Shown here one piece after another: positions 9,382 to 18,087 of a stretch of DNA of 64,000 bases; positions within the stretch are counted from its first letter, which is position 1, and every line of letters starts with the position of its first letter. Under the pieces are notes generated by a model, which worked only from the letters and a program-made list of their open reading frames with translations, did not search any database and was not told the origin of the DNA. A program made the translations under genes and the position numbers. This stretch comes from Patescibacteria group bacterium (lineage in GTDB: Bacteria; Patescibacteriota; Patescibacteriia; UM-FILTER-42-10): assembly GCA_018825385.1 (NCBI GenBank), contig JAHJEX010000074.1:997-64996 (forward strand). The letters run 5' to 3'.

Positions 9382-12141
9382 ATGGCAATTCTAGGGAAAC
9401 TGTTTGGAGATCCAAATAAGAAAAATATTTCAAATCTTGAAGCACAAGTTGAGCAGGTGGAAGGATTTAGAGAGGAATTTGCAAAAATTCCAATTGAAGC
9501 CTTTTCTCAGAAATCAGAAAAATTCAAAAACGAATTGCAATCCGGAAAAACGCTGGACGATATTTTGCCGGAGGCTTTTGCTTTGGCTAGAGAGGCGGCA
9601 AAGCGGGCAATCAATCAATTTCCGTACAAGACTCAGGTGATGGGCGGACTCGTATTACATCAAGGTAAAATTTCGGAAATGAAAACCGGTGAAGGAAAAA
9701 CGCTGGCTGCAACCATGCCTCTATATCTAAATGCGCTAGCAGGAAAGGGAGCTCATCTTGTAACAGTTAACGATTATCTTTCAAAAAGAGATACTGCTTG
9801 GATGGGTAGGATATATAACCTGCTTGGAATCTCTGTCGGATGTGTTCAGCATGATGAAGCATTTTTATTTGATCCCTCTGTTAAATCAGATGTAGACTCT
9901 AAAACCGCAATCCAGGTGGATATAGAGTTACTAAGGCCAGTTAGTCGGAGAGAGGCGTATCAGGCTGATATTACATACGGAACTAATAATGAGTTTGGCT
10001 TTGATTATTTACGGGATAATATGGTTCAAATTCGATCACAGATGGTGCAAAGAGAGCTTAATTATGCGATTGTTGACGAAGTCGATAGCATTCTCATTGA
10101 TGAAGCAAGAACTCCGTTGATTATTTCTGCACCGGATGAGGAGGCTACCGACCAGTATTATAAGTTTGCTCAACTAGTAAATAAGTTGGAAGAAGGCCCT
10201 GACTATAATATTGATGAAAAAATGCGAGCAGCCACTTTGACGGAACAGGGGATTACTAGTGTGGAAAAGTCACTTGGAATAGAAAACCTTTATGCTGAAG
10301 GAGGAATCAGTTTAGTGCATCACATAGAGCAGTCACTAAAAGCAAAGGCGCTATTTAAATTGGACCGTGATTATGTAATCAAGGAGGGTGAAATAGTCAT
10401 CGTTGATGAGTTTACCGGTCGGTTAATGCCGGGTCGACGTTATTCAGAGGGGCTACATCAGGCAATTGAAGCAAAAGAAAATGTTGAAATTAAAAAGGAA
10501 AGTAAAACACTTGCTTCTATAACTTTTCAAAATTACTTTAGAATGTTTAAAAAACTGGCGGGAATGACTGGAACCGCAGCAACTGAAGCGGAGGAATTTT
10601 CGAAAATATATGGCCTTGAAGTTATGGTTATTCCGACTAATAAAACATTGATACGTAATGATAAAACAGATCAAATATTTAAAACCGAGGAGGCTAAATT
10701 TAAAGCGATTGTGAATGAAGTGAAACAGCGTAATGAAAAAGGACAACCGGTGCTTATTGGCACGATTTCTATCGAAAAGAATGAGTTATTGGGACAATTG
10801 CTAGATATGGAAGGAGTTCCCCATAAAATGCTAAACGCTAAGCAACATGAGCAAGAAGCAAATATCATTGCCCAGGCTGGTAAAGATGGGGCTGTTACAG
10901 TTGCAACCAATATGGCAGGAAGAGGTGTCGACATTATCCTTGGTGGCAATCCTCCAGACGAAACAGGGACAGAAAAGGTTCTTTCAGCCGGCGGCTTATT
11001 TGTAATTGGCACAGAGCGACACGAATCACGTCGAATAGACAATCAATTAAGAGGACGATCAGGAAGACAGGGCGATCCTGGTGAAACTCAGTTTTTTGTA
11101 TCCATGGAAGATGATTTGATGCGTATATTTGGTTCTGATCGCATGAAGGGGATTATGGAAAGGTTGGGTATTCCTGACGATATGCCAATCCAAAATAAGA
11201 TGATCAGTCGATCCTTGGAATCTGCCCAAAAGAAAGTTGAAGGAAATAACTTTGATATTCGAAAGCACTTAGTGGAATATGATGACGTTATTAATAAACA
11301 TAGAGAAGTAATTTACAAAAAGCGCCACGATGTATTGAACTCAGAGGCAGGTGAAGAAGGCTATAACGGCGAAATATTGAAAATGATTGAGTCAGAAATT
11401 GAACAAGTAGTTTCATTTCACACTGCTTCTGAGGATGAAGATATATGGGATATTGAAGAGATATATGAGGTTGCTGACACTATTTTTCCTGTCACAATGG
11501 AAGCACGGGTAAAAATGGAGGATATTCATAAGGAGGCAGGAACAAAACTTGAGGATGCAGAAAGCAGAACGCATCTGATAAAATATTTAATTGGTCTGGC
11601 ACACAAGGAATACAAAAATCTTGAAACTAGGGTTGGAGATGAGAATTTAATGCGAAATTTGGAGCGAGTAGTTGTTCTGAGAGTTATTGACCGACTATGG
11701 ATTGATCATTTATCACAAATGGAACACTTGAGAACTGGGATTGGCTTGCGTGGATACGGACAGAGAGATCCACTTATAGAATATAAGAAAGAAGCTTACC
11801 AGCTTTTTACAACAATGATGGCTAGTCTTCAGAATAATGTCGCTCATACTATTTACAAAATTGGTTTAGCAAAAGAAATCGCACCATCAATGATGCAGGC
11901 TAATCAGATAACACAGGCACCTTCGAAGACAATGAATGGTCAACACCAGCATTTTACCGTTCCTATGGAGCAGCCACAGGCGGCAAATGACACATTTTCT
12001 CAAACAAAACCACAGGCATTACCCGGGACAAAGGTTACAGAAGGTGGAAAACTCAAAACAATAGATGGAGAAAAAGTCGGAAGGAATGATCCATGTCCTT
12101 GTGGATCAGGAAAAAAATTTAAAAAGTGTCATGGCCAATAA
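9382..12141 (+). CDS. secA: Preprotein translocase ATPase SecA.
   Basis: 919 aa. DEAD-like motor motifs (MKTGEGKT, DEVDSILIDEARTPLIIS, TNMAGRGVDI). C-terminal zinc finger CPCGSGKKFKKCHG. Confidence 0.95.
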   Translation: MAILGKLFGDPNKKNISNLEAQVEQVEGFREEFAKIPIEAFSQKSEKFKNELQSGKTLDDILPEAFALAREAAKRAINQFPYKTQVMGGLVLHQGKISEMKTGEGKTLAATMPLYLNALAGKGAHLVTVNDYLSKRDTAWMGRIYNLLGISVGCVQHDEAFLFDPSVKSDVDSKTAIQVDIELLRPVSRREAYQADITYGTNNEFGFDYLRDNMVQIRSQMVQRELNYAIVDEVDSILIDEARTPLIISAPDEEATDQYYKFAQLVNKLEEGPDYNIDEKMRAATLTEQGITSVEKSLGIENLYAEGGISLVHHIEQSLKAKALFKLDRDYVIKEGEIVIVDEFTGRLMPGRRYSEGLHQAIEAKENVEIKKESKTLASITFQNYFRMFKKLAGMTGTAATEAEEFSKIYGLEVMVIPTNKTLIRNDKTDQIFKTEEAKFKAIVNEVKQRNEKGQPVLIGTISIEKNELLGQLLDMEGVPHKMLNAKQHEQEANIIAQAGKDGAVTVATNMAGRGVDIILGGNPPDETGTEKVLSAGGLFVIGTERHESRRIDNQLRGRSGRQGDPGETQFFVSMEDDLMRIFGSDRMKGIMERLGIPDDMPIQNKMISRSLESAQKKVEGNNFDIRKHLVEYDDVINKHREVIYKKRHDVLNSEAGEEGYNGEILKMIESEIEQVVSFHTASEDEDIWDIEEIYEVADTIFPVTMEARVKMEDIHKEAGTKLEDAESRTHLIKYLIGLAHKEYKNLETRVGDENLMRNLERVVVLRVIDRLWIDHLSQMEHLRTGIGLRGYGQRDPLIEYKKEAYQLFTTMMASLQNNVAHTIYKIGLAKEIAPSMMQANQITQAPSKTMNGQHQHFTVPMEQPQAANDTFSQTKPQALPGTKVTEGGKLKTIDGEKVGRNDPCPCGSGKKFKKCHGQ

Positions 12142-12976
12142 TCCAAAATACAGAAAAGAAAATATTATTATACAGTCTATTGCAAAGGATGCTTTTAGAA
12201 AATATAAGCAATTATTTAAGGTTGTAACTGTTACAAAAACAAAGAGTGGTCCAGCTGATGTTGTTTCTCAAATGGATCTTGTTATGGACCGACTATTGAA
12301 TAGAAGAATTAAAAAGTACTTTCCAAGTGATGCAATATTTAGCGAAGAAGGATCTGGCGTCCTGGATCAAATGATTGCAGATTATGAAAGAGTATGGGTT
12401 TTGGATCCTATTTGCGGTTCGCTGAATGTTAAGAAGGGGATTAATATTGCCGCAACAAATGTTATTTTGCTCGTTCATGGTGAAATTAAGGCTGCATGGG
12501 TCTTTGATTATCCGAGGGAACGGGTATTGTGGAGTACTGGCGGTCGAAAAGTTTACGACGGCAATAAAAAAATACCAAAACTTGGAAAAAACGAAACAGT
12601 TTGGCATATTGAGGCAAGTAAGGGATACTTACATTTGTTTAGTAGTGGATACCAGAATTTGTACGGAAAATTTATTCAGACAATCGCTACTAGAAAATAC
12701 ACTTATTTTGGTAATTCTGGCAGTTCATTAACTTTTGCGTATGTGGCAACCGGTCAGTTTCAAGGAGCAGTAGCTTTTTATGTAAAGTCATGGGATTTAT
12801 TGGCTGCGTGTTTTCTTGTGGAGCAAAATAGTGGTATCGTAAGGAATTTTGATGGATCAAAGTGGGGGATTAATTCTAAAAGCGTGATCGTCGCTGGTAA
12901 CAGAACAGTATATAATGCCCTGCATGCAGGAATCCAACAATTTGGAAAACAAACTATCAAAAAGCTAGTAAAATAA
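12131..12976 (+). CDS. Inositol monophosphatase / 3'(2'),5'-bisphosphate nucleotidase family protein.
   Basis: FSEEG...WVLDPICGSLN matches the IMPase metal-binding motifs. The start was moved from the track's 12065 to the in-frame Met at 12131, which overlaps only the secA stop codon. Confidence 0.7.
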   Translation: MANNPKYRKENIIIQSIAKDAFRKYKQLFKVVTVTKTKSGPADVVSQMDLVMDRLLNRRIKKYFPSDAIFSEEGSGVLDQMIADYERVWVLDPICGSLNVKKGINIAATNVILLVHGEIKAAWVFDYPRERVLWSTGGRKVYDGNKKIPKLGKNETVWHIEASKGYLHLFSSGYQNLYGKFIQTIATRKYTYFGNSGSSLTFAYVATGQFQGAVAFYVKSWDLLAACFLVEQNSGIVRNFDGSKWGINSKSVIVAGNRTVYNALHAGIQQFGKQTIKKLVK

Positions 12977-12980
12977 CCTG

Positions 12981-14639
12981 CTAGATTTTTTTTACCATAT
13001 ACTCATCCTCAAGCTGATATCCTAGCTTTCGATAATAGTCCCTTACTCCAATTCCGGAAATAACGGCTATTTTTTTGTATCCATTTTTTTTGGATAGTTT
13101 TTCGGCCTCATCCATAAGACGTTTCCCGAAACCTATGTGTTGTGTTCTACCTTTTTTTGTTGATAATGGGATCATTTCTCCGTATGTGTGTAATTCTCGT
13201 AAAAGTGATGCATTCTGTAAGGCACAAATGTAATGATCTTTATTTTTGTCTTTTGGAAATCTTAATCTACAAAAAGCAAAGATAGTAGAATAGTCTTTTG
13301 ACTCGTAGCTCAAAAATATTTCAGTGCCACCAGATGCTTTATATACTCTTTTTACCAGTTTTACATTTTTCTGAGATACCTTCATTCCTCTTGCTTCTCG
13401 ACATCTTATACATCGGCAGAATTTTTCCTCATGTTTAAGCTCATTTTGAATTATCTGACGAATATTTGTAATCTTCATTCCTCCGGAAATGCTTTGTTTC
13501 GGTATATCTCTAAAAAGCCGTGCTATACGAACATATGGCGGGCAAAGTAATTTGATTTCCTTTAGCAGTGCTTTTAGCTTGTTGTCTGAATAGGGCTTAT
13601 ATATTCCGTTTTTCCATAAGTCATATAGCTTAGAGTATTTAGAAACTATGGTCGGATAAATTTTTATTTGATCAGGCTGGAAGTCAGGGTTTGTGAAAAT
13701 CTGCTTAAACATCTCAACATCTTCCTTCGTGGTCGCCTTATATAGTCCTGGCATGAGATGATATGTAATCTTGAATCCCGCATCCTTATACAATTGAGTA
13801 GCCCTAATTGTAGCTTCGACTTTATGACCGCGCTTATTAAAATCCAAAATGTGATCATGAATACTTTGTACACCCATCTCAACACGAGTTGCACCCAACT
13901 CACGCATTAGGTGAACCTCTTTTTTACTTACAAAATCCGGTCTAGTCTCAAGCGTTATACCCACAACCCTATCTTTTGCTGTTTCGTTAAGCTTTTGAGC
14001 TCGTTTCAACTTAGCCATTATTTGATTTCTTCTTTTTTTCGTTTCTAATATACTCTTTACCTCTTTTATTTCATTCACATCAGCTCTGCTTCTTCTACTG
14101 CTTGAAATCCCATCATTAAATGCGTCAAAACATCTCTTTAGATACCAAATCTGGTAAAGAGGATTGTGATAAGACCAAGTCCCACCCATTACAATTAATT
14201 CACACTTGTCAGTTGGATGGCCATTTTCATAATAGGCTCTCAATCTTGTCCTTACCATTTTATAGGGATCAAATTTCTGTGCCATGGACCTCATTACAGC
14301 AGGTTGTGTCGAGAGATAGCTTTTTGGCATGTCATTTTCTGTAGGGCAGTAAATACATTTACCCGGGCAAGGAAGCGATTTTGTGTGTACGCCTATTGAA
14401 GCAATCCCAGAAAGTGTTCTAATGTCACGTATCCTTAAAGCGCGAACAAAATTATTGTTCTTCTTAGTTATTCCCTTATTAACCAATTGCCGGTAATGCG
14501 CTAAAATAAGATTATTGGTATAAAAGGGGATTTGATGTTTCTTAGAAAACTGTCTTTTAAATCGATAAAGATCCCGCCTTCCCTTCAGATCGGCTTTAAT
14601 GGCTTCGGTCACAAATTGTGTAATAATTTTTTGAGGCAT
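12981..14639 (-). CDS. elp3: Elp3-like radical SAM + GNAT enzyme (tRNA wobble-uridine carboxymethyl-type modification family).
   Basis: Radical SAM cysteine cluster CPGKCIYCP. ELIVMGGTW. C-terminal GNAT/HAT block VISGIGVRDYYRKLGYQLEDEYMVKKI, close to the Elp3 C-terminus. 552 aa. Confidence 0.8.
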   Translation of the reverse strand: MPQKIITQFVTEAIKADLKGRRDLYRFKRQFSKKHQIPFYTNNLILAHYRQLVNKGITKKNNNFVRALRIRDIRTLSGIASIGVHTKSLPCPGKCIYCPTENDMPKSYLSTQPAVMRSMAQKFDPYKMVRTRLRAYYENGHPTDKCELIVMGGTWSYHNPLYQIWYLKRCFDAFNDGISSSRRSRADVNEIKEVKSILETKKRRNQIMAKLKRAQKLNETAKDRVVGITLETRPDFVSKKEVHLMRELGATRVEMGVQSIHDHILDFNKRGHKVEATIRATQLYKDAGFKITYHLMPGLYKATTKEDVEMFKQIFTNPDFQPDQIKIYPTIVSKYSKLYDLWKNGIYKPYSDNKLKALLKEIKLLCPPYVRIARLFRDIPKQSISGGMKITNIRQIIQNELKHEEKFCRCIRCREARGMKVSQKNVKLVKRVYKASGGTEIFLSYESKDYSTIFAFCRLRFPKDKNKDHYICALQNASLLRELHTYGEMIPLSTKKGRTQHIGFGKRLMDEAEKLSKKNGYKKIAVISGIGVRDYYRKLGYQLEDEYMVKKI

Positions 14640-15383
14640 ATGAATAAGAATACAGCAGATTCAATATTAGAAAAAGTAGCGTCCGACTATAATAACATAG
14701 CGGGCCATTTTTCCCAAACTCGGTATAGAGATTGGGCTGAGTTTTCTGATTTTGAAAAGTTTCTAAAAACAGGTGTATCGGTTCTTGATGTGGGGTGCGG
14801 TAATGGGAGGCTTCTGCATTTCCTGAACAGATACAGAGTTAAGTATGTTGGTATTGATGTGTCATCAAAATTACTAAAGATTGCCAAGCAATTAGTGGAT
14901 GAAAAAATATGCACTTCTATAACAAGCCATAGCTTCATTGAAGCTTCTGCTGAAAAGCTCCCATTTGCTGATAGAACATTCGATATTGCATTTGCAATTG
15001 CGAGTCTATATCATATTCCATCAAAAGAGCTTCGCCAACGCTCAATAAATGAAATATCACGTGTTTTAAAACCAGGCGGTGTGTTTATTATGACTTATTG
15101 GAATATGTGGGAACGATCCAGAAGGACATTGATATACAACAACATTACTGACAAACTTGTCGGCAAATCCAATCTGGATTTCTTTGATGCTAATAAACCT
15201 TGGAAAAATCCAAAAGGTCAGGTGCTTGCTGAGAGGTTTTGCCATGCCTTTACCTTAAGGGAGATTGAGAGACTGTCGAAAAAAAGTAGTTTCAGAACTG
15301 TCGATAAGTATTATATGAAAAAGGGACAAAAATCCAATTCAAAGTATGGCTTTAACGGTGTATATATAGGAAAGAAGTATTGA
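14640..15383 (+). CDS. Class I SAM-dependent methyltransferase (Methyltransf_11), Trm9/ALKBH8-MTase-like.
   Basis: YNNIAGHFSQTRYRDW, SAM motif I VLDVGCGNGRLL, post-I acidic D, AIASLYHIPS...ISRVLKPGG, TYWNMWERSRR. I recall these blocks resembling yeast Trm9. The start was set to the Met at 14640, directly abutting the divergent elp3 start. Confidence 0.65.
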   Translation: MNKNTADSILEKVASDYNNIAGHFSQTRYRDWAEFSDFEKFLKTGVSVLDVGCGNGRLLHFLNRYRVKYVGIDVSSKLLKIAKQLVDEKICTSITSHSFIEASAEKLPFADRTFDIAFAIASLYHIPSKELRQRSINEISRVLKPGGVFIMTYWNMWERSRRTLIYNNITDKLVGKSNLDFFDANKPWKNPKGQVLAERFCHAFTLREIERLSKKSSFRTVDKYYMKKGQKSNSKYGFNGVYIGKKY

Positions 15384-15408
15384 CAGAAGCCGAAAAATAT
15401 GCTAGACT
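15380..15408 (+). promoter_or_regulatory. Sigma70-type promoter (TTGACA-17-TAGACT) for the first L,D-transpeptidase gene.
   Basis: TTGACA at 15380-15385, a 17-nt spacer, TAGACT at 15403-15408. About 150 nt upstream of the ATG at 15563. Confidence 0.4.
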
Positions 15409-15562
15409 AGTACTATAGTTCATTCCAAAACAAAAATAAAAAACAAAACCAGAGGCTAGAGATGGCCTCACAGAAATCATAAAATTCGAAATCAATATCG
15501 AAAAAAATGGGGCTGTCTCTGGCCTATTTCTATATCTCTTAAAAAGGCCAACAAAAACAAAA

Positions 15563-16990
15563 ATGCAAAATCACAGAGTAAAAATTAAAATTTTGGTGTT
15601 GGCAGTACTGGCAAGTACTGTTTTTTTGATACCTAAAATCGTACAAGCAACAGAGTCACGTGCACCAGAACTACGTATTTTTAATTCCAATAGCTATTCG
15701 GTCGACAAGGCATTTATGGTTTTTGATGAAAACTTTCAGGGTGGCGCATCCGTCGCGATAGGTGACCTTCAGGGAAATGGAACAAATGAAATAGTTGTTG
15801 CACCGGGTCCTGGAGGAGGTCCACACATTAAAATTTTTAAATCAGATGGAACTTTTATTTCAAGCTTTTTTGCATATACCTCTGGCTACAGGAAAGGTGT
15901 GAATATTGCAGCGGGAGATTTGGACGGAGATGGCAAGGATGAAATTATTGTTAGCACTCGTTATGGAGCAACGCCTCATGTCAGAGTTTTTGATGGCAAT
16001 GGTATTCCAAAGTTCACATGGGGATTTTTTGCATACCAAGAAAATTTCAGAGGAGGTGTAAATATTGCAGCCTGTGATGTTGACGGTGATGGAGAGAAAG
16101 AAATAGTAACAGGTGCGGGGCCGGGCGGTGGACCACATGCTCGTGTATTTGATAAAGATGGCACTTATGCGGGTCTGGATTATTTTCCGTTTGCATCAGA
16201 TTTTCGAGGAGGAATTTCTGTAACCTGTGGCAATGTAGATGGCGGTGCAGAAGAGGAGGTAATTTTTAGTGTTCAGACCTCAGATGAAGCATGGGTAAAG
16301 GTTTACAAAACAAATTCTGAGCAGACAGTCCTTGGAATGTTTCGTGCATTTCCAGAATCATTTCGTGGTGGCATAAATATAGCGAGTGGCGATGTTGATC
16401 GTGATGGGCTTGATGAGATAATTGTTGCAGCTAATACTGGCGGTGGCTCACATGTAAGATTTTTTGAGGCCTATGGTTTTCCACATCCCGATTCAATTTT
16501 TGCCTATGAAGATGAGTTCAGAGGTGGAGTCTTGGTAACAGCAGGCGATGCAAATAATGATTCTTATGATGAAGTTATCGTATCTCCAAATAGAAGATCT
16601 ACAGAAGGAAGAACTGATTTGGATAAATATATTGAAATAGATATTTCTGACCAACAATTAAACTACTATGAAAATGGGTATCTTGTTGACTCTACTCAGG
16701 TGTCTACAGGAAAGTGGTCAATGCCGACACCGTTAGGAACATTTAGCATTCAAAATAAGCATCCTCGAGCTTATTCTGCCACTTACAATTTGTACATGCC
16801 TTTCTGGATGCAGTTTGAGTCAAGGGGATATGGACTACATGAACTCCCAGAGTGGCCTAGTGGCTACAAGGAGGGTCAGGACCACTTAGGTATAAGAGTT
16901 TCACATGGTTGTGTCCGTTTAGGTGTCGGTCCAGCAGAGAAACTATATAGCTGGGCAGAAGTTGGCACTACTGTGATTGTAAAAGATTAA
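15563..16990 (+). CDS. Secreted FG-GAP/VCBS-repeat beta-propeller protein with C-terminal L,D-transpeptidase (YkuD) domain.
   Basis: Signal peptide. At least six repeats of the type GDLDGDGKDEIIV...GPGGGPHVRVF (Ca-binding DxDxDG). C-terminal LDT catalytic motif SHGCVRL. Confidence 0.75.
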   Translation: MQNHRVKIKILVLAVLASTVFLIPKIVQATESRAPELRIFNSNSYSVDKAFMVFDENFQGGASVAIGDLQGNGTNEIVVAPGPGGGPHIKIFKSDGTFISSFFAYTSGYRKGVNIAAGDLDGDGKDEIIVSTRYGATPHVRVFDGNGIPKFTWGFFAYQENFRGGVNIAACDVDGDGEKEIVTGAGPGGGPHARVFDKDGTYAGLDYFPFASDFRGGISVTCGNVDGGAEEEVIFSVQTSDEAWVKVYKTNSEQTVLGMFRAFPESFRGGINIASGDVDRDGLDEIIVAANTGGGSHVRFFEAYGFPHPDSIFAYEDEFRGGVLVTAGDANNDSYDEVIVSPNRRSTEGRTDLDKYIEIDISDQQLNYYENGYLVDSTQVSTGKWSMPTPLGTFSIQNKHPRAYSATYNLYMPFWMQFESRGYGLHELPEWPSGYKEGQDHLGIRVSHGCVRLGVGPAEKLYSWAEVGTTVIVKD

Positions 16991-17051
16991 TGTTGCCAAA
17001 AGATTATTTACGTGGTATAAGAGAACTATAAATAAGAATTAAGAAATATTT

Positions 17052-17351
17052 ATGCCAGGTGAACCAAAACCAGAACAAGAGTCTCCCCTTGATATTCCAG
17101 GACTTGTTTCAGAATTAGATGCGATTACTGCTCAATGGGGTGTCGAAGATCTAATGGAAAGAAATGAGGTTGCACTAAGGCAACGCGAATCTAAAGTTGC
17201 CACTGTAGTTGATAAACTTCTTAATTCTGACGTGACCGGTGAAAAAGAGCCAGCACTTCTAGAATCTGTAATAGGTGCAATTGGAATGTTCGATGGTCAG
17301 AGTACTACATTTAAACTAAAGGAGTTAAAAGCAAAATTAGAAGGGAAATAG
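17052..17351 (+). CDS. Small hypothetical protein (99 aa), paralog of the next gene.
   Basis: No signal peptide. Shares an N-terminal block (GEPKPEQ.../GEFKPDQ..., LVSELDAITAQW/LVSKIDQINDHW) and a C-terminal block (LLNSD...PELLESV.../LLNSD...PELLASV..., KAKLE) with the 17584 ORF. Confidence 0.5.
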   Translation: MPGEPKPEQESPLDIPGLVSELDAITAQWGVEDLMERNEVALRQRESKVATVVDKLLNSDVTGEKEPALLESVIGAIGMFDGQSTTFKLKELKAKLEGK

Positions 17352-17395
17352 TTAATACCGGCTCACTGGGAATGAGGAAAGAATCCAAGGAAACA

Positions 17396-17424
17396 TTGAC
17401 ATATCAGAAGATGTTTGATAAAAT
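17396..17424 (+). promoter_or_regulatory. Candidate sigma70 promoter TTGACA-17-TAAAAT upstream of the second small paralog.
   Basis: TTGACA at 17396-17401, a 17-nt spacer, TAAAAT at 17419-17424. This implies a ~150-nt leader. Confidence 0.3.
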
Positions 17425-17583
17425 TTCAGAATTGCTAGATTTATATAAAGAACTTTTCAATCTTGAGCGAATGCGAGCATTTGCCCCCCAAAAAAATATA
17501 ATCCACCTAATTAGATATTCTAATTCTAATATTGAGTAATTAATAAAAATTATTCTCTACAATAAACACTAACGATCAAATAT

Positions 17584-17937
17584 ATGACTGGAGAATTTAA
17601 ACCAGATCAAGGCGAACTCAATGTAGATGTACCTGCATTAGTTTCTAAAATCGATCAAATAAATGACCATTGGAAAGCTAAAGATGAAGGTACCGCGGAA
17701 ATTCCAAATGATTTACATGAGCAAGAACGGGAAATAGGTGCTCAATTGGAGCAGTTACTAAATTCAGATATTAGCGCTGAATCAAATCCAGAATTATTAG
17801 CATCTGTAAAAGCCGGTCTAATGTTTTTCGATAATGCAGATATTGCGAAAATCTTGATGAGAGTCGAAGCAAAGCTGGAGAGCAGGGATGTTGATGAAGA
17901 AGCTCTTGAAAAGCTTGGGGAGCTACCTTTACTATAG
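17584..17937 (+). CDS. Small hypothetical protein (117 aa), paralog of 17052..17351.
   Basis: Shares conserved blocks with the preceding small protein (see above). Acidic C-terminus. Confidence 0.5.
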   Translation: MTGEFKPDQGELNVDVPALVSKIDQINDHWKAKDEGTAEIPNDLHEQEREIGAQLEQLLNSDISAESNPELLASVKAGLMFFDNADIAKILMRVEAKLESRDVDEEALEKLGELPLL

Positions 17938-18033
17938 GATTTATAATAACCACCAATATAGAATTATAAAAGAAACATTTAGCCCACTCACAAATCCTGA
18001 GCACGAAGTAGTGAAATAGTATATAAATCAATT

Positions 18034-18058
18034 AAGAGGAGCAAGCTTCCTCTTTTTT
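18034..18058 (+). terminator. Rho-independent terminator after the small-protein pair.
   Basis: AAGAGGA / gcaagct / TCCTCTT hairpin (7 bp) followed by a T-run. Confidence 0.55.
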
Positions 18059-18087
18059 GATTACTCAAATTTTGGTACAATATAGAG

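Noticed and set aside
10453-11042. Antisense ORFs inside secA (10453..10746, 10671..11042) and similar antisense or alternate-frame ORFs inside secD (20843..21253), mreB (56014..56754), rpoA (31841..32206) and elsewhere
   Set aside because: They are fully embedded in strongly supported genes on the opposite strand or in another frame, with skewed low-complexity composition and no RBS. Treated as spurious.
12065-12130. Track start for the IMPase-family ORF at 12065
   Set aside because: This 5' extension overlaps 77 nt of secA including its zinc-finger coding region. The in-frame Met at 12131 overlaps only the stop codon, so it was preferred.
14532-14639. Track start for the methyltransferase ORF at 14532
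   Set aside because: The extension (MMFLRKLSFKS...) would overlap the first 36 codons of the divergent elp3. The Met at 14640 sits ~20 residues before the conserved HFSxTRYxxW block, as in related methyltransferases.
17372-17539. Unlisted 55-aa ORF (MRKESKETLTYQKMF...) between the two small paralogs
   Set aside because: Weak RBS and low-complexity sequence. It spans the predicted promoter of the downstream paralog and is more likely a non-coding leader.
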